Of a stretch of 64,000 bases of DNA, positions 51,908 through 64,000 are shown piece by piece. Numbering within the stretch: position 1 is the stretch's first letter; each line of letters begins with the position of its first letter. The translations under genes and the position numbers were made by a program. Source of the DNA: Octopus sinensis (taxonomy: Eukaryota); the NCBI RefSeq assembly GCF_006345805.1, contig NC_042998.1, positions 119,412,001 to 119,476,000 of the forward strand, in the 5' to 3' direction. Below the pieces are notes generated by a model that did no database searches, had not been told where the DNA came from, and saw only the letters and a program-made list of their open reading frames with translations.

Positions 51908-52619
51908 TGTATATTCAGTTTGATAAGTGCTAAAGCACGAAACTCTAGGCCCTTAAGTCACTCTGTTATATTCATATACGTGCTTTTGGTTCTATTTTCC
52001 TTGATCGCATCAGCAAACCCATGTATATATCGAGGTTATGAGGGGTAATGGTGTCAAGAAGTCCCAAAAGTGTCAGGTGATGCTGAGTAAGTGCTATGGA
52101 CAGACAAGAGTTAAGCTCCCAGGTTCAATGATTACACGAATGAGAAGTCCAACGAGGAGTCCATACAATATCCATACATATCTCACGTCTGTTCCCCTTC
52201 CTCCGCTTTACTCTGTATTTCATATCTTCTCTATAATAACTATTGCTTAACCATTTTCTCACACCGTCTCTGATGAAGGGCTATATAAAAATATCTCTTC
52301 TCTTAATAAATGTTCTGAAATCTTACATAGCCTTGGATTTTTTTATCTCACTCAGCTAATTTTATAGATGATGATGATGATATGAAAAAGGGTTAAGACT
52401 TCATACAAATCAAAATTATACGTATAAATTATAAGTAAAAAGAAAGTATGTTTAATGATTCTTTTTACTTTCTTTTTATCGTACAGGATAAGTATTTTTA
52501 CATTTGTTACATTAAGTCACTGTTATACCGATTTCGATATGTATGTCCGTCTCATCAAATATTAAATATTCAAAGTCAAAAACTAGGAAATAAAAATTAA
52601 AAACTAGAAATTAAAACAG

Positions 52620-53200
52620 TTTGTTCCCAAATTCATCCTTAGTTATGGTATATAACCGGACAAAAGGTTACCATTGGTTTCGCGTCTCCTATTTCACTTG
52701 GCTATATAGACGACTTATCAAATCTGCGGGCTGGAATTACGTAGCCTCTTTATTGGGGTGGGTAAATATATAATCATTGTCAGTTTGGTGGTGGAAAGCC
52801 ATAACCACAGATGTACTTCTCGACTACATAAAAGTATAACTGCCCAAAACTTCTTTTAGAGTGTGCTTTTTTTTCTTACTTATGGGCAACTGCCCGGTGC
52901 TGGTGTTTTGTTTCCATTTGATCGTTAGCTGTGTTTAGTAGAAGAAGCAGCATCAAGGGTGACTGTCAATAGTAGCCATAGCAGGAATGTCAGTGGCTGT
53001 TATAGTCGTTTTCTGAGCCTAACTTGTAGCAGTAGTTGATGTGGTAGACGGTAGTTATCTCCATTTCTCTACCACAAGTATTTAAATGTGGTTGGTATTT
53101 GGTTATGAAGGGTGTTTTTCTGTTGTTGAGTTGTGTAATCACCGAACTGTTATAAAGGGAAGATCGTAAATTTTAGTTGTTTCTAAACTACACGTGTCTA
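52620..53200 (-). mobile_element. Possible degenerate Penelope 3' remnant
   Basis: QTDNDYI...KEA segment and following ACT/ACA-rich 3' region resemble 61440-61720. Confidence 0.35.
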
Positions 53201-53397
53201 TAAAACAAATTAGCGATGACACAATTTGAGACAAAAAGAAATAAACAGCTCTACACATAGGATTCGCACCTCATCTCCAGTTATATGTATGCAATGTATG
53301 TGCATGTATATGTGCGTGTGTGTGTGCGCGCGCGCGCGTCTAAGTATGTACAGACACCGCGCTCTCTCTCTCGCGCGCGCACGCACACACACATATT

Positions 53398-53497
53398 NNN
53401 NNNNNNNNNNNNNNNNNNNNNNNNNNNNNNNNNNNNNNNNNNNNNNNNNNNNNNNNNNNNNNNNNNNNNNNNNNNNNNNNNNNNNNNNNNNNNNNNN
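53398..53497. other. Assembly gap (100 N)
   Basis: Run of 100 N. Confidence 1.
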
Positions 53498-54564
53498 CCC
53501 AAAATTTCGGGCCTTTACCTAGAGTAGAAAAGAATATATGATATACCTGTAATTGTCATGTATGTATGTGTTGTGTATGTACATGTATTTATATGGATGT
53601 ATATACATATACATATGTATATACATAAGTATATTCATATGGATGTATATGCATGGTATGTGTATATATATATATATATAATATATAATATATATATATA
53701 TAATATATATATATATAGTATAGATATATATAATGTATATGCATATTACACATATATATGCATGAATAGAATGCAATGCATGTATTCATGTATCTAAATA
53801 TGTTTGTATGTATATTTGTGTGTATGTATGTATGTATGCATGTATGTGTGTTGTGTATAGGCTTGTGTACATCTATTTGATAAATATATTGTAAATAAGG
53901 TCGAACCAAACCTGACCATGCTTAGATTATTTCTATGGTATTGATCACTATATTCTCTCAGCATACAAAGAAATGCAATCGAATCCCAGTGATGGATTTA
54001 ATCATAGCCAAACCTAATCAATTAAATTATTCGTCTTATATTTTCTGTCTGCTAAGAGCCTTTTGTTTTACCCGGAGTCGATTTTCGCAAAAAGGCTGAA
54101 ATATATTTAATAAACGTATGATTGTAACCTTGTTTACAATTTGTATGCACATACATATGTGTGTATAAATGTATTTATGTATATACATGCATGTATTTAT
54201 GTATAACATGCCACGGCTCATGAGCTGAAGCTAATAAAAAAAGTAAGAGAGTATGTACATTTATATATGTGTGTATGTATGCGTTTATGTATGTGTGTTT
54301 ATATATATACGTATGATTATAAATCTATGTATGTGTGTTTATGTCTATGTTTATGTGTACATGTGCTATTTCGTTTATTATATTAAGCATGCAAAGGTTT
54401 TTCAACACTTCTCTAACCGAATAGGCTTTCTCAGTCACAGTCTACGTGAATTAGCAATACGCTTCTTTTTTTTTTTTCCTCCTCTTTTATTTCCATATAT
54501 ATATTTCTCTTTGTCTGCGGGTGCACAATCATCATCAGATGAAAAGCCGACGGAAAATTTATGA

Positions 54565-54603
<39 letters not shown>

Positions 54604-55989
54604 ATATATATATATATATATATATAATCAAAATAAGCAACAAAGATATCCAGTGGTAATGCAGTACGATCGTTTCATGCAACTCCATTTAATTGAACAA
54701 TGCAATCATTACATCAAGTTAAAATCCAGAGCAATCTTCAGCTGCACAAAGACAGAGAATTTAATTAAATTAGAACAGATGGACACATTAGTATAATTAT
54801 ACCTAAAATCTCCAAGAAGTTAAGGAGATAGACAAAGAACATGCTGTCTCACTCCAATTTAGAAGTTATATATATGTATGTTTATATATATGTGTGTGTG
54901 TGTATGTATATATGTATATATATATATGTGTGTGTATGTATGCATGTATGTATGTATGTGAGCATATGTGTGTATGTATGCATGTACATATGAGGATAGA
55001 TATAATATATACACACACACACAAACACGCCTGCATTTATATCCAGTTTGGTACACACACATATATACATCATACATACATACATACATACATACATACA
55101 TACATACATACATACATACATACATACATACATACATACATACGCATACATACATACACATACATATCTTTCTAGCTGGGAATACACATTTGCCCCTTCC
55201 GGACAGTTTATATTTAACCAATTGTGAATGCGGATTACAAAAGGATTTCTGTCTTTTTGCACTTCTTGAAGAGAGATGCAGTACTTCAAATAGAACTTTC
55301 TCTAGCGAAATACTTGCTACGAAGTGAAATCACACATATTTCCTATGTATCATGTTATTGTCATTTTTTTACCGTCTTTCACACATGTACTAACGTCATA
55401 AGCCCAAACGCATCACAGTTTATATGATATTTGTTGAGAGCATTTGTTAAAAAATACCTCGCTAAGACTATATCTTACGAAGTTCGAAAATGCTTTCTTA
55501 CCATGTGTACCTTAGGGAAATAAACACCATGTTGAACACTTTCAGATAGCTTTTCCTTACTTGACATTTTCAACGAATTAGTTATAAACGCGCCTGTTCT
55601 TCACCACATTTTTCCGTTCTGATCAGAAGGATTCTCTTTTACACTGCCTGAAGAGAGATACGGTTTTCGAAACAGAACTTCCTGAAGCCCAAACCTTTAT
55701 ACGAAGTAAAATCAAATATATTGCATTTGTATAGTGAAATAAAACTTCATATTTTGCATCTATACTTTTACTTTATAGAATTCTATCGAAGCCACAAATA
55801 ATTCATAATTTGTATGAGTATTTGCTGAAAACTTTTGGTGAAAAATATTTCGCTAAGACTAATTATGATGTATCCTGTAGAGTTCATATGTATCTTATTA
55901 CAGAATATGTAACTGCAATTGTGTGTGCTTTTGTTTGTATATACGTGAGTGAGTGTATGACAATGTATATACGTGAGTGAGTGTATGAC

Positions 55990-56410
55990 AATGTCCCAAA
56001 ATGCTAGTGGCCTCTCCACCATCTCGCTGGCTCAATCTTTTCTCCGCTTGATGTTGGCTGGTCGAAGAAGTGGTCTCCTTCTTGCTGCTCTGCCATAGTA
56101 ACCAAATTTGACAGCTGTTCTGGGACTGACATCAACTTGTTCTGCTATGTCAGGAGCCTTGCAACGAGGACTATCCTCCACACTTCTCTTAACAAAGAGA
56201 ATGGTCCTGTCAGAGGATCCTGGTTGATCGGGACGAGATGATCCGGACTCCTATCCCTCTCTGGTGAATTGCACAATCACTCTATTAATTGTAGAAAGCG
56301 GGATCCTAAGGTTTTCTGCGATTTTGCGCTATGTCCACCTTCAGAATTACCCACATCAGGGCCTCTTTGAAATTCAGACAGTTCCCAAACTTCTTTTGTA
56401 CATGGCATGA
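55990..56410 (-). mobile_element. Tc1-like transposase N-terminal fragment (degenerate)
   Basis: ELSEFQRG...IAENLRIPLSTINRVI...DVSPRT...GYYGRAARRRPLLRPANIKRRKD.A....LAFWDIVI. Confidence 0.8.
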
Positions 56411-56938
56411 TTAAACAGTCACATACAGAATCTGAAACATAGAAAAGTCAATTAATACAAAATATAAACCTTTACAAGTTAGAATAAACATAAAACGATG
56501 TTTTATGGGGTGTCTATTTACTTCTGTCACGTCTGTCTATATACATGTACTTACATATATATATATGCATTTTTGATATCTGATTGTTTGATATAGTTAA
56601 CCAAATTCGTTTAAAACTGATTGTTTTATTGCTATCTGCCTAGATTATAGATATGTATATATATATATATATAATATATTATATATATATATATATATAC
56701 TATATATATATAGATATATACATATATACATATATGTATATAATATTTGTCAAACCACAAAGTTACGGGGAGACAACCAGTTGTCAAGCGGTGGTTGGAA
56801 AAAACACAAACACAAACACACAAATTTATATACATAATTCATACGTACACACACACACACACACCCATGTTCGACTGGCTTCTTTCCGTTTCCGTTTACC
56901 AAATCCCCTCACAGTCGTGTGTGTGTGTGCGTGCGTGC

Positions 56939-57020
<82 letters not shown>

Positions 57021-57993
57021 CGTCTGTCTATTTATGGATATTTTTGTATTTGATGCAAGTAAAACCTTGTGGTTAGAGATTTCACTTTGCAACCACCAGA
57101 TCTCAGTTCCTAAATCACAATAAAAGCACTCGTTAAGTACTTTACTATAGTCTCCGCTATACTCCAGCCTTGTGAGTGAAATTAGGCGGACGGAAACTGC
57201 ATGGAAGCCCTTCATATGTTGTAACTCGAAAAGAACCGGCTTTCTTTCACAACGATATCCTAATTCTGTGGGAGTTATATAAGTTTCTGTTGAATATTCC
57301 GACTTCTGGCTTTATTAATGTGTCATTCTGCTGCACAACATGTTAATATAATGAGAATATATGTTGAAATAGTCGAATAATTACAATATATACGGCATGG
57401 CTAACAGGAGATCGTAGTTATATTCAAAATACATTCTTTTTGTGTGCAAGTTGTATTCAATGCGATTAACAACAGAGCTCTATTATAGTGAAAAGAATCA
57501 AATTTTGTACAATATGTATGTATACAGCTAGTAATACAGAAAATAATAGCGAATTATATATATATATAATTTTCAGAATTGATAGAATCAAGGTATTTAA
57601 ATAGCAATGACGGTAGCGTCGGAGATAGCGCATCTGTGCTCTAACAATGTGTAGGGACATACACGTATTTAGGAAAGTAAAATACGGATTTATCCTTCCA
57701 GTTAAGCGCACATTCACAAGTAATGACCGAATACACAACATGTATGCGAAGTCACACGGGGATACACTCACGGCACGTATTCAACAGTCGACTATAGGCT
57801 CCATATCTAACTCAGAGAAGGTTGAGATGGGTTGAGGTTCACTACAGCTATTTCAGACGTGTTCTTTATTGGTGAACAAAAATGTTATATCAGGTTAAAA
57901 AAAAAACGTTAAATTTAACACTTAAAATTCTTCACATAAATAAAACATAATGCAAGTTGACACTACCACCTAGGTTACAACTGAGAGTACAGT

Positions 57994-58094
<101 letters not shown>

Positions 58095-58240
58095 GTTTCT
58101 TTATTAGCCCCACGGGGCTGAACATGGAGGGGACAAATTACAAAGTAGAGCTTTTCTTTTGGGGGAGGAAAAAAAGGTGGGGTAGGTTTTCGATCAAAAG
58201 GGATCGTAAAAAACGATCAATAAGGATCGTGTATCACAGA
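58095..58240 (-). mobile_element. Short 3'-terminal retroelement fragment inside a (GATA)n array
   Basis: Minus strand ends ttgtcccctccatgttcagccccgtggggctAATAAAgaaac then (ATCT)n; GATA arrays at ~57994-58094 and ~58240-58368. Confidence 0.6.
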
Positions 58241-58245
58241 TAGAT

Positions 58246-58337
<92 letters not shown>

Positions 58338-58531
58338 GTAGGTAGATAGATAGATAGATAGATAGATAGTCCCATTTAAACGTGGATGTTCTGTTAAAAC
58401 AATCTATACTGCAATAGTTACCATGAAGAAAATCTCAATGTAACTACCACAGTATAGTATTATAACAGAACATCCAGGTTCAAATGGAGATAAATATTAC
58501 TCTCTCAGTATTAATACTGCCTCTATTGATA

Positions 58532-58603
<72 letters not shown>

Positions 58604-58614
58604 TATCGTATATT

Positions 58615-59500
58615 AGCAAAGATTCGAACCATCCGCCAGTTATCCTTAGGAACTTAGTCAGCAATGTAGGTTAGAAGAATACCTTTAATTTCTTCGGACG
58701 AGCAGCATTCCATAATGCTGCACCTTATTACGATAGCGCATTAAGGAATAGTGGATTCTCTGAGAAGTCAGTACAACCTGCTTAATGCTGATAATAATGC
58801 TGCGCGAAGAACTAGGACCAGGAAAGTTTGTGGTTCAACCGCGCTTTCAATTTGGCCGTAAAGACTAATATAGGTAAGGAATTTTGAAATTAGTCTCTAG
58901 GCATTTTAAGCAGGACCATAAATTCTATAGGATATTTAGAAGAACCCCCTGAAGGTTGCTATTCTTGTTGCAGACATTTTCGCCTCTTGCATTAGCCAGC
59001 ATAATAGGAATCTGATTGATATTAAGCATGGTGCCGAGCCCATTAAGAAATGCAATTTCAAAAATGAATCCTCCTGTCCGTTGGAAGGGAAATGTCTAGT
59101 AAAAGGGGTAGTTTATAGAGCCAAGGTACAAATAGAAGGCTCATCGGAATACAAGACATATACAGGGGCTTCAGAAAATTAATTTAAAACGCGATTTTAT
59201 TCGCATAAAAATTCATTTAGATACCCAGAAAATAGGAAGAGGACCAGCCTAGCAAAATATGTCTGGGAACTAAAAGAAAAGGAAACCCCACCTTTCAACG
59301 TGACATGGAGCATTCTGGACAGAGCGGCACCATACAGACATGGAGCACACAAGAATAATTTTAAATGCAATCTTTGCCTGTTAAAGAAACTTTATATTTT
59401 ATTCAAAGACAATAATTCTTTGAATCAAAGTGAGCTGATGAACTTATGCAGGCACGCAACCACATTTAAAATGTCAAACGTAAATATACCATATGGATAG
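58615..59500 (+). mobile_element. Degenerate Penelope-like element (RT C-terminus + GIY-YIG)
   Basis: SNHPPVILRNL...; CPLEGKCLVKGVVYRAKV...YTGASEN.FKTRFYSHKNSF...TSLAKYVWELKE...WSIL...CNLCL..K. Confidence 0.88.
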
Positions 59501-60664
59501 AGTATATATTTTTTCTTTTTGTATTTTTGATTTTTGAAATTTTTATTTTGATTCTTGGACTAGTATGTAAACGCAACGATGGATTTGTTTCGCGCTATGC
59601 AGATTTCATTGTTTATTTTGTTTATATTTCTACATATTCCTTAGGAAAAACCTTCGGATTAGTTTATTTCATGTTATTATATTGTATAGGCTTACTTTGA
59701 TTTTTAATTTATAGATGATCCGAAATAGGGTGTTATATTTTACATGTCTTTCGTATAATTTTTATTATTACACTCACCATTTTTTAAAAAGCAATGTCAA
59801 AAACTAGAATTTTGATGTAAATATGTGTATAGCCACGAATATGTATTTGTAAGCATACGTCTCTGTATATGTGTAAGTGAGCGTATGTTTGTACTTAATC
59901 ACACACATACACGATTGTATGTGTATGTATTCACTTGAACTTGTGTGTTTGCGTACTTGTCTCTATATATATATGTGTCAGTATACGTTGTTACACAGTT
60001 TGTATACATAATTTTTCTTCTTTCGTTCCCCCTCCTTTTTTTCTTCTTTTTTCCTTCCCCTTTTTCTTTTTTTTTTTCTTTTTTTTTCTCTCTCTTCCTT
60101 TCTTTCGTTTTTTCTCTACCTATCCGATACTTGTATAGAGTCATGTAACTTTACGTCCCCCTCATTTACTCATGTCTTCAACTTTGCATCGTAAATAAGA
60201 ACGCTACTTCCCCATCCATGATTTTAGCTTGCGTGCGAACTAGATTGCATATACATATGTATACATGCATTTGTGTGTATATTTTAGCTTTATATTTATA
60301 CGTCTGTATATGTATGTGGTTTGCACGCATCTATCTGTGTATGTTGATATATATGTATAGTTTAATATGAATATGTATTGCCGTGTAATATTTTAATGCA
60401 TTTTAACATTTTAATTTCAATTTCCATGTATTAATTATATTTCCTTCATTAAGGTCAATATGTATTTTATTCAATGTAAGGTTTTTCCTCGAATTTTATA
60501 ATTTTTATAATTTTATATATATATATATATTTGAGCTCATTTTTGTTTATCGCTCGAAAATTGACCGTTATTTCTAAGGGGCCAATCAAACAAGTCCATT
60601 TTTAAAGGTGTAGCGTTTGTACTAGTCTGGATAGAATTGACATATCGGTTCCATTCTAGCAAAA

Positions 60665-60704
60665 ACTGTCCGATGAACGGCAACAGGAAACTCAGAGTAA
60701 CAGG
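60665..60704 (+). ncRNA. Decayed hammerhead-like motif, probably from the pLTR of the 58615 element
   Basis: CUGU-CCGAUGA-..-GAAAC UCAGA GUA-ACAG; core U4C and stem II disrupted. Confidence 0.35.
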
Positions 60705-60781
60705 TTTTGTTGAATTTTCTGCTGCTTTAAATAAAGTATATATATATTATATATATATTATATATATAATATATATATAAT

Positions 60782-60816
<35 letters not shown>

Positions 60817-61214
60817 CTATATATATACTTAATATACATATATAATATATATATATACATATACATATACATATATATATATATATATGTAATATATATA
60901 CATATATATATTATATCACGCGCTCACACACACACACACACACACACAACCCACATATATATATATATATAATATATTATAAGTATAAGAAAAGCTAGAA
61001 AATACTAAATAATCTTATCGCGAAATACAATTTGTAACGGTTAGTGCCGGTTTCTGTCTTTTCGACTTTTTCAACTAAGAGTAAAAGAAAGGTGGATATT
61101 GAGAAGAAAAACAATTAAATTGAAGAAAAAAATTAAATGAAATGCTTTGTAGACATTTCCAGTCTTCAAATAGCTAGGGCATTTTCTTTTTTTCCTCTCT
61201 CTCTCTCTCTCTTC

Positions 61215-61260
<46 letters not shown>

Positions 61261-61360
61261 TCTTTCTGTCGTGAAGGCTCGTAAGGTAGGTAGCAGCGGA
61301 TCTGAAAAATTGTATTTATGGGGGCAGAGATATAGTTAGTTCTGAAGTTTGATGGTTTAG

Positions 61361-61393
<33 letters not shown>

Positions 61394-61599
61394 AAGAAGA
61401 AGAAGAAAGAAGAAGAAGAAGAAGAAGAAGACGGGAGTGGTATTACCCAGTAGTAGAGGCTGCCCGTAGAATCTACTTTAACGGTTGTATCAGCTGTAGT
61501 AATAGGAACTGTTCTAGATAAATTCGTGGGTAGCAACTGTTCTTAATATATCTATCGTTTTTAATATTTCTGTGAGGATTATTCTATGACCCCTATAGT

Positions 61600-63200
61600 A
61601 GTGTCATCTGTGGTGGAAGCATTCAAAAGAGGTTTATATTTTGCGATAAAATATGATCCTTTGCTAATGCGCTGATTATGGGTTGCATGTCCCTAAATTT
61701 GTAGTGGGGAAAAATTTTTAAGTTGGGTTGTTCATTAGTGACGCAAATGTCGATGTGTTCACTAATGCTATTTTTCTGCATTCCTGTATTTTAATTTAGT
61801 CTATGTACGGTCATCCTCTGGCATAGGATGTTTTTAGTTTGATTAATGTATTGCTCTCGACACCCTGAGCAAGTTAACACATATATCAGGTTTTCCGAAG
61901 CACATGTGAAGTTGTTTTTCACTGTAAAATGCTGATCTGGCTTCAGAGAGAACTCCGATCCCTCAATTAGGCTGACGCATATACCAACAATTAGGTTTTC
62001 AGCATCTTCTTATTGTCGGTTTCGGTGTTGTTGGCGAGTGTACTTGGGCTTGTGTTAGAATGCTTTTCATTGGCTTGGGCTGTCTTTTGCTCTTTATGAT
62101 GGTGTGTGTTTGGAGAATTTAATTCATTCTATGGTTCCTTTTTAGTAAAGGTATGTTCCGGAGGGTGGTGTCGAAGACCTCATTATTTAGTGGGTTGTTT
62201 GTAGATATGTATGGTAGGGTTTTTAGTTGTAATTCATTCTTTCGTTTGGGATGTCTGAGTTCGTGGATGTTGAGCTGTAGTGCGCGTTGGAAACCTATAT
62301 TAATTAGGGATGGTGGGTAATTCCTGCTGAGGAGTGTATCCTTTAGCTCGTGTAGTTGTGTGTCTCTTGTATCAGATATTATAGTGCAAAAATCCTTTTG
62401 GCCAGATTGAAAGGGATATTCATTCTAGTGTGTCTGTGGTGGTATGAGTTGAGTGGTAGATATTGCTTGGACTCCGTGGGCTTATAGCATATGTCTGATT
62501 TTGTTGATGGCTATATTCCATCGTAAAATGAATGTTTATGTCAAGCTCATTTAGAAGTGCTTGAAATTTTTAAAGTCTCTCTATACTTTCATGCCAAAGA
62601 ATGAAGCAGTCATCTAGATATCTCTTCCAGTTATTTTCTATGTAAAGGGAGAGTAGGTTTCCGAGGTATCCCATGACAAGGTTAGCAAAGGAGGAGGTCA
62701 TTCTCATACCCATCTCAGTCCCCGATTTCTTTCGATTGAAGTTGTTGTTGAATACGAAGAATTTATTCTCCAAGATGAATTTTAGCCCATCCATTACGAA
62801 TTCCTTTTTAATGCGGTGTGGAAGTTCATTGGAGTAATTCTCTAGCCAGTATTGGATTGCCTCAATTTCTAGGTTGTGGGGGATATTAGAATAGAGGTTG
62901 GGACGGTAGCTGTTATCTAGTTGTTCCCTGTTGTCGTGATTTATGGTGCGGGTTCTTGGATAGGGATTGAAAAGTGTGTCCCTATATTTCATGTTCGAAT
63001 GTGATGCTTCAGAAGGCCGCGTTGGTAATTATTTCGTGTTTGTCGTGCTTGGTTCTTAAGTGGATAAAAATTACATTGGTATCTTCTTATGGAGAGGAGG
63101 TTGAAATGTCAATCCTGTGGGTAGGGATTTCTTATTTCTTTGTTTATTGCTGGGATACCCCTGTTGTTGTTTCGTGGGTGGGGTATGAAGTTAGAGTTGG
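61600..63200 (-). mobile_element. Degenerate Penelope-like element (RT + GIY-YIG)
   Basis: LYSNIPH...KFILEN.FF.FN...GTEMG.RM..SFANLVMG...RYLDDCF (62570-62992); LTCSGCREQYINQT...QRMTVHR...ISEHIDIC (~61740-61890). Confidence 0.88.
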
Positions 63201-63233
63201 GTCATATATTTTTTTTAGTCATTTTGTTCAGTG

Positions 63234-63264
<31 letters not shown>

Positions 63265-63265
<1 letters not shown>

Positions 63266-63500
63266 CGAGAAAGAAGCAACAAGAATGGATTAGTTTTTAG
63301 TACAATTGTTTCATACAAAGACAGGCTTTATTAAAAGTTGCAAATATTTCTTTTCTTCTCCCCTTTTATCTGCTGCAATATTTGCAACTTTTAATAAAGC
63401 CTGTCTTACTGTATGCAATGTTTGCAACTTTTAATAAAGCCTGTCTTTGTATGAAACAATTGTACTAAAAACTAATCCATTCTTGTTGCTTCTTTCTCGT
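63265..63500. repeat. Perfect 80-bp inverted repeat (63265-63344 / 63421-63500) with an extra partial copy in the spacer
   Basis: acgagaaagaagc...aaaagttgcaaa matched exactly by tttgcaactttt...gcttctttctcgt; partial copy at ~63378-63407. Confidence 0.95.
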
Positions 63501-63915
63501 TTATAATCACCCCACATTACTGTATGGTTAACACCATATAGTTTTCTGGTGCATCTAAGTTAAGTACCGCATTCAAGTAAATTCATTAGAATTGACTTGA
63601 ATCTTAATTGCTTTTATATATATATATACACTGGAGGAGAGAGAGGGAGTAAAATCGGCTACAGGAAGTAAGTGGAAAATCATCCAACGTTTTGCATTAT
63701 AATCCATCTTCAGTGAAAAGTTGGCAGGAGAGAAATTTACAAAAGACTGCAGAATTCCACATCGAAGTAAAAAAGCATTTACATATACACACGCGCACGT
63801 GCGCTCAAGCGACTCACACACACACACACCACACATAATATATGTGTGTGTGCGTGGTGTGTGTGGTGTGTGTGTGTATAATATAATATATAATCTGTGT
63901 GTATATATAATCTGT

Positions 63916-64000
<85 letters not shown>

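Noticed and set aside
52262-52330. CTGATGA...GAAA motif
   Set aside because: Stem II is only weak wobble pairing with a long loop, and no stem I partner was found
57650-57840. Minus-strand C..FGH....C zinc-knuckle-like fragment
   Set aside because: Interrupted by stops, only one partial knuckle, no associated ORF
63660-63790. Plus-strand GSKWKII resembling an FABP N-terminus (possible paralogue)
   Set aside because: No start codon, no NF..FM motif, and a stop after a few codons

Overview
AT-rich, microsatellite-saturated metazoan genomic DNA with one 100-N gap at 53398-53497. The repeat content is most consistent with an octopus/coleoid cephalopod; this is an inference from the repeats, not a database result. 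One host protein-coding gene can be fully reconstructed by hand and is not recovered by the ORF track. It is a 4-exon, minus-strand fatty-acid-binding-protein (FABP/iLBP)-family gene: exons 45938-45857, 34228-34050, 29891-29781 and 21951-21901, GT-AG introns of phase 1/0/0, 140 aa. It has lost the canonical Arg126/Tyr128 carboxylate-binding pair. The rest is transposon debris: at least seven Penelope-like element (PLE) fragments (RT and/or GIY-YIG), RTE and CR1/L2-type LINEs, restriction-like-endonuclease (R4/Dong-type) LINE ends sitting inside microsatellites, Tc1/mariner and pogo remnants, Helitron-like ends and several tRNA-derived SINE families. The most unusual signal is a recurrent module built as tRNA-like Pol III head + (TAA)n + minimal hammerhead ribozyme with a palindromic AACGTT stem III. 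One copy is fused to the 3' end of a Penelope GIY-YIG ORF, and two loci carry it as inverted pairs. Other PLE families here carry their own minimal hammerheads, one with a U at core position 6. Several long perfect or near-perfect palindromes are also present. Boundaries of degenerate repeats are approximate (by eye).
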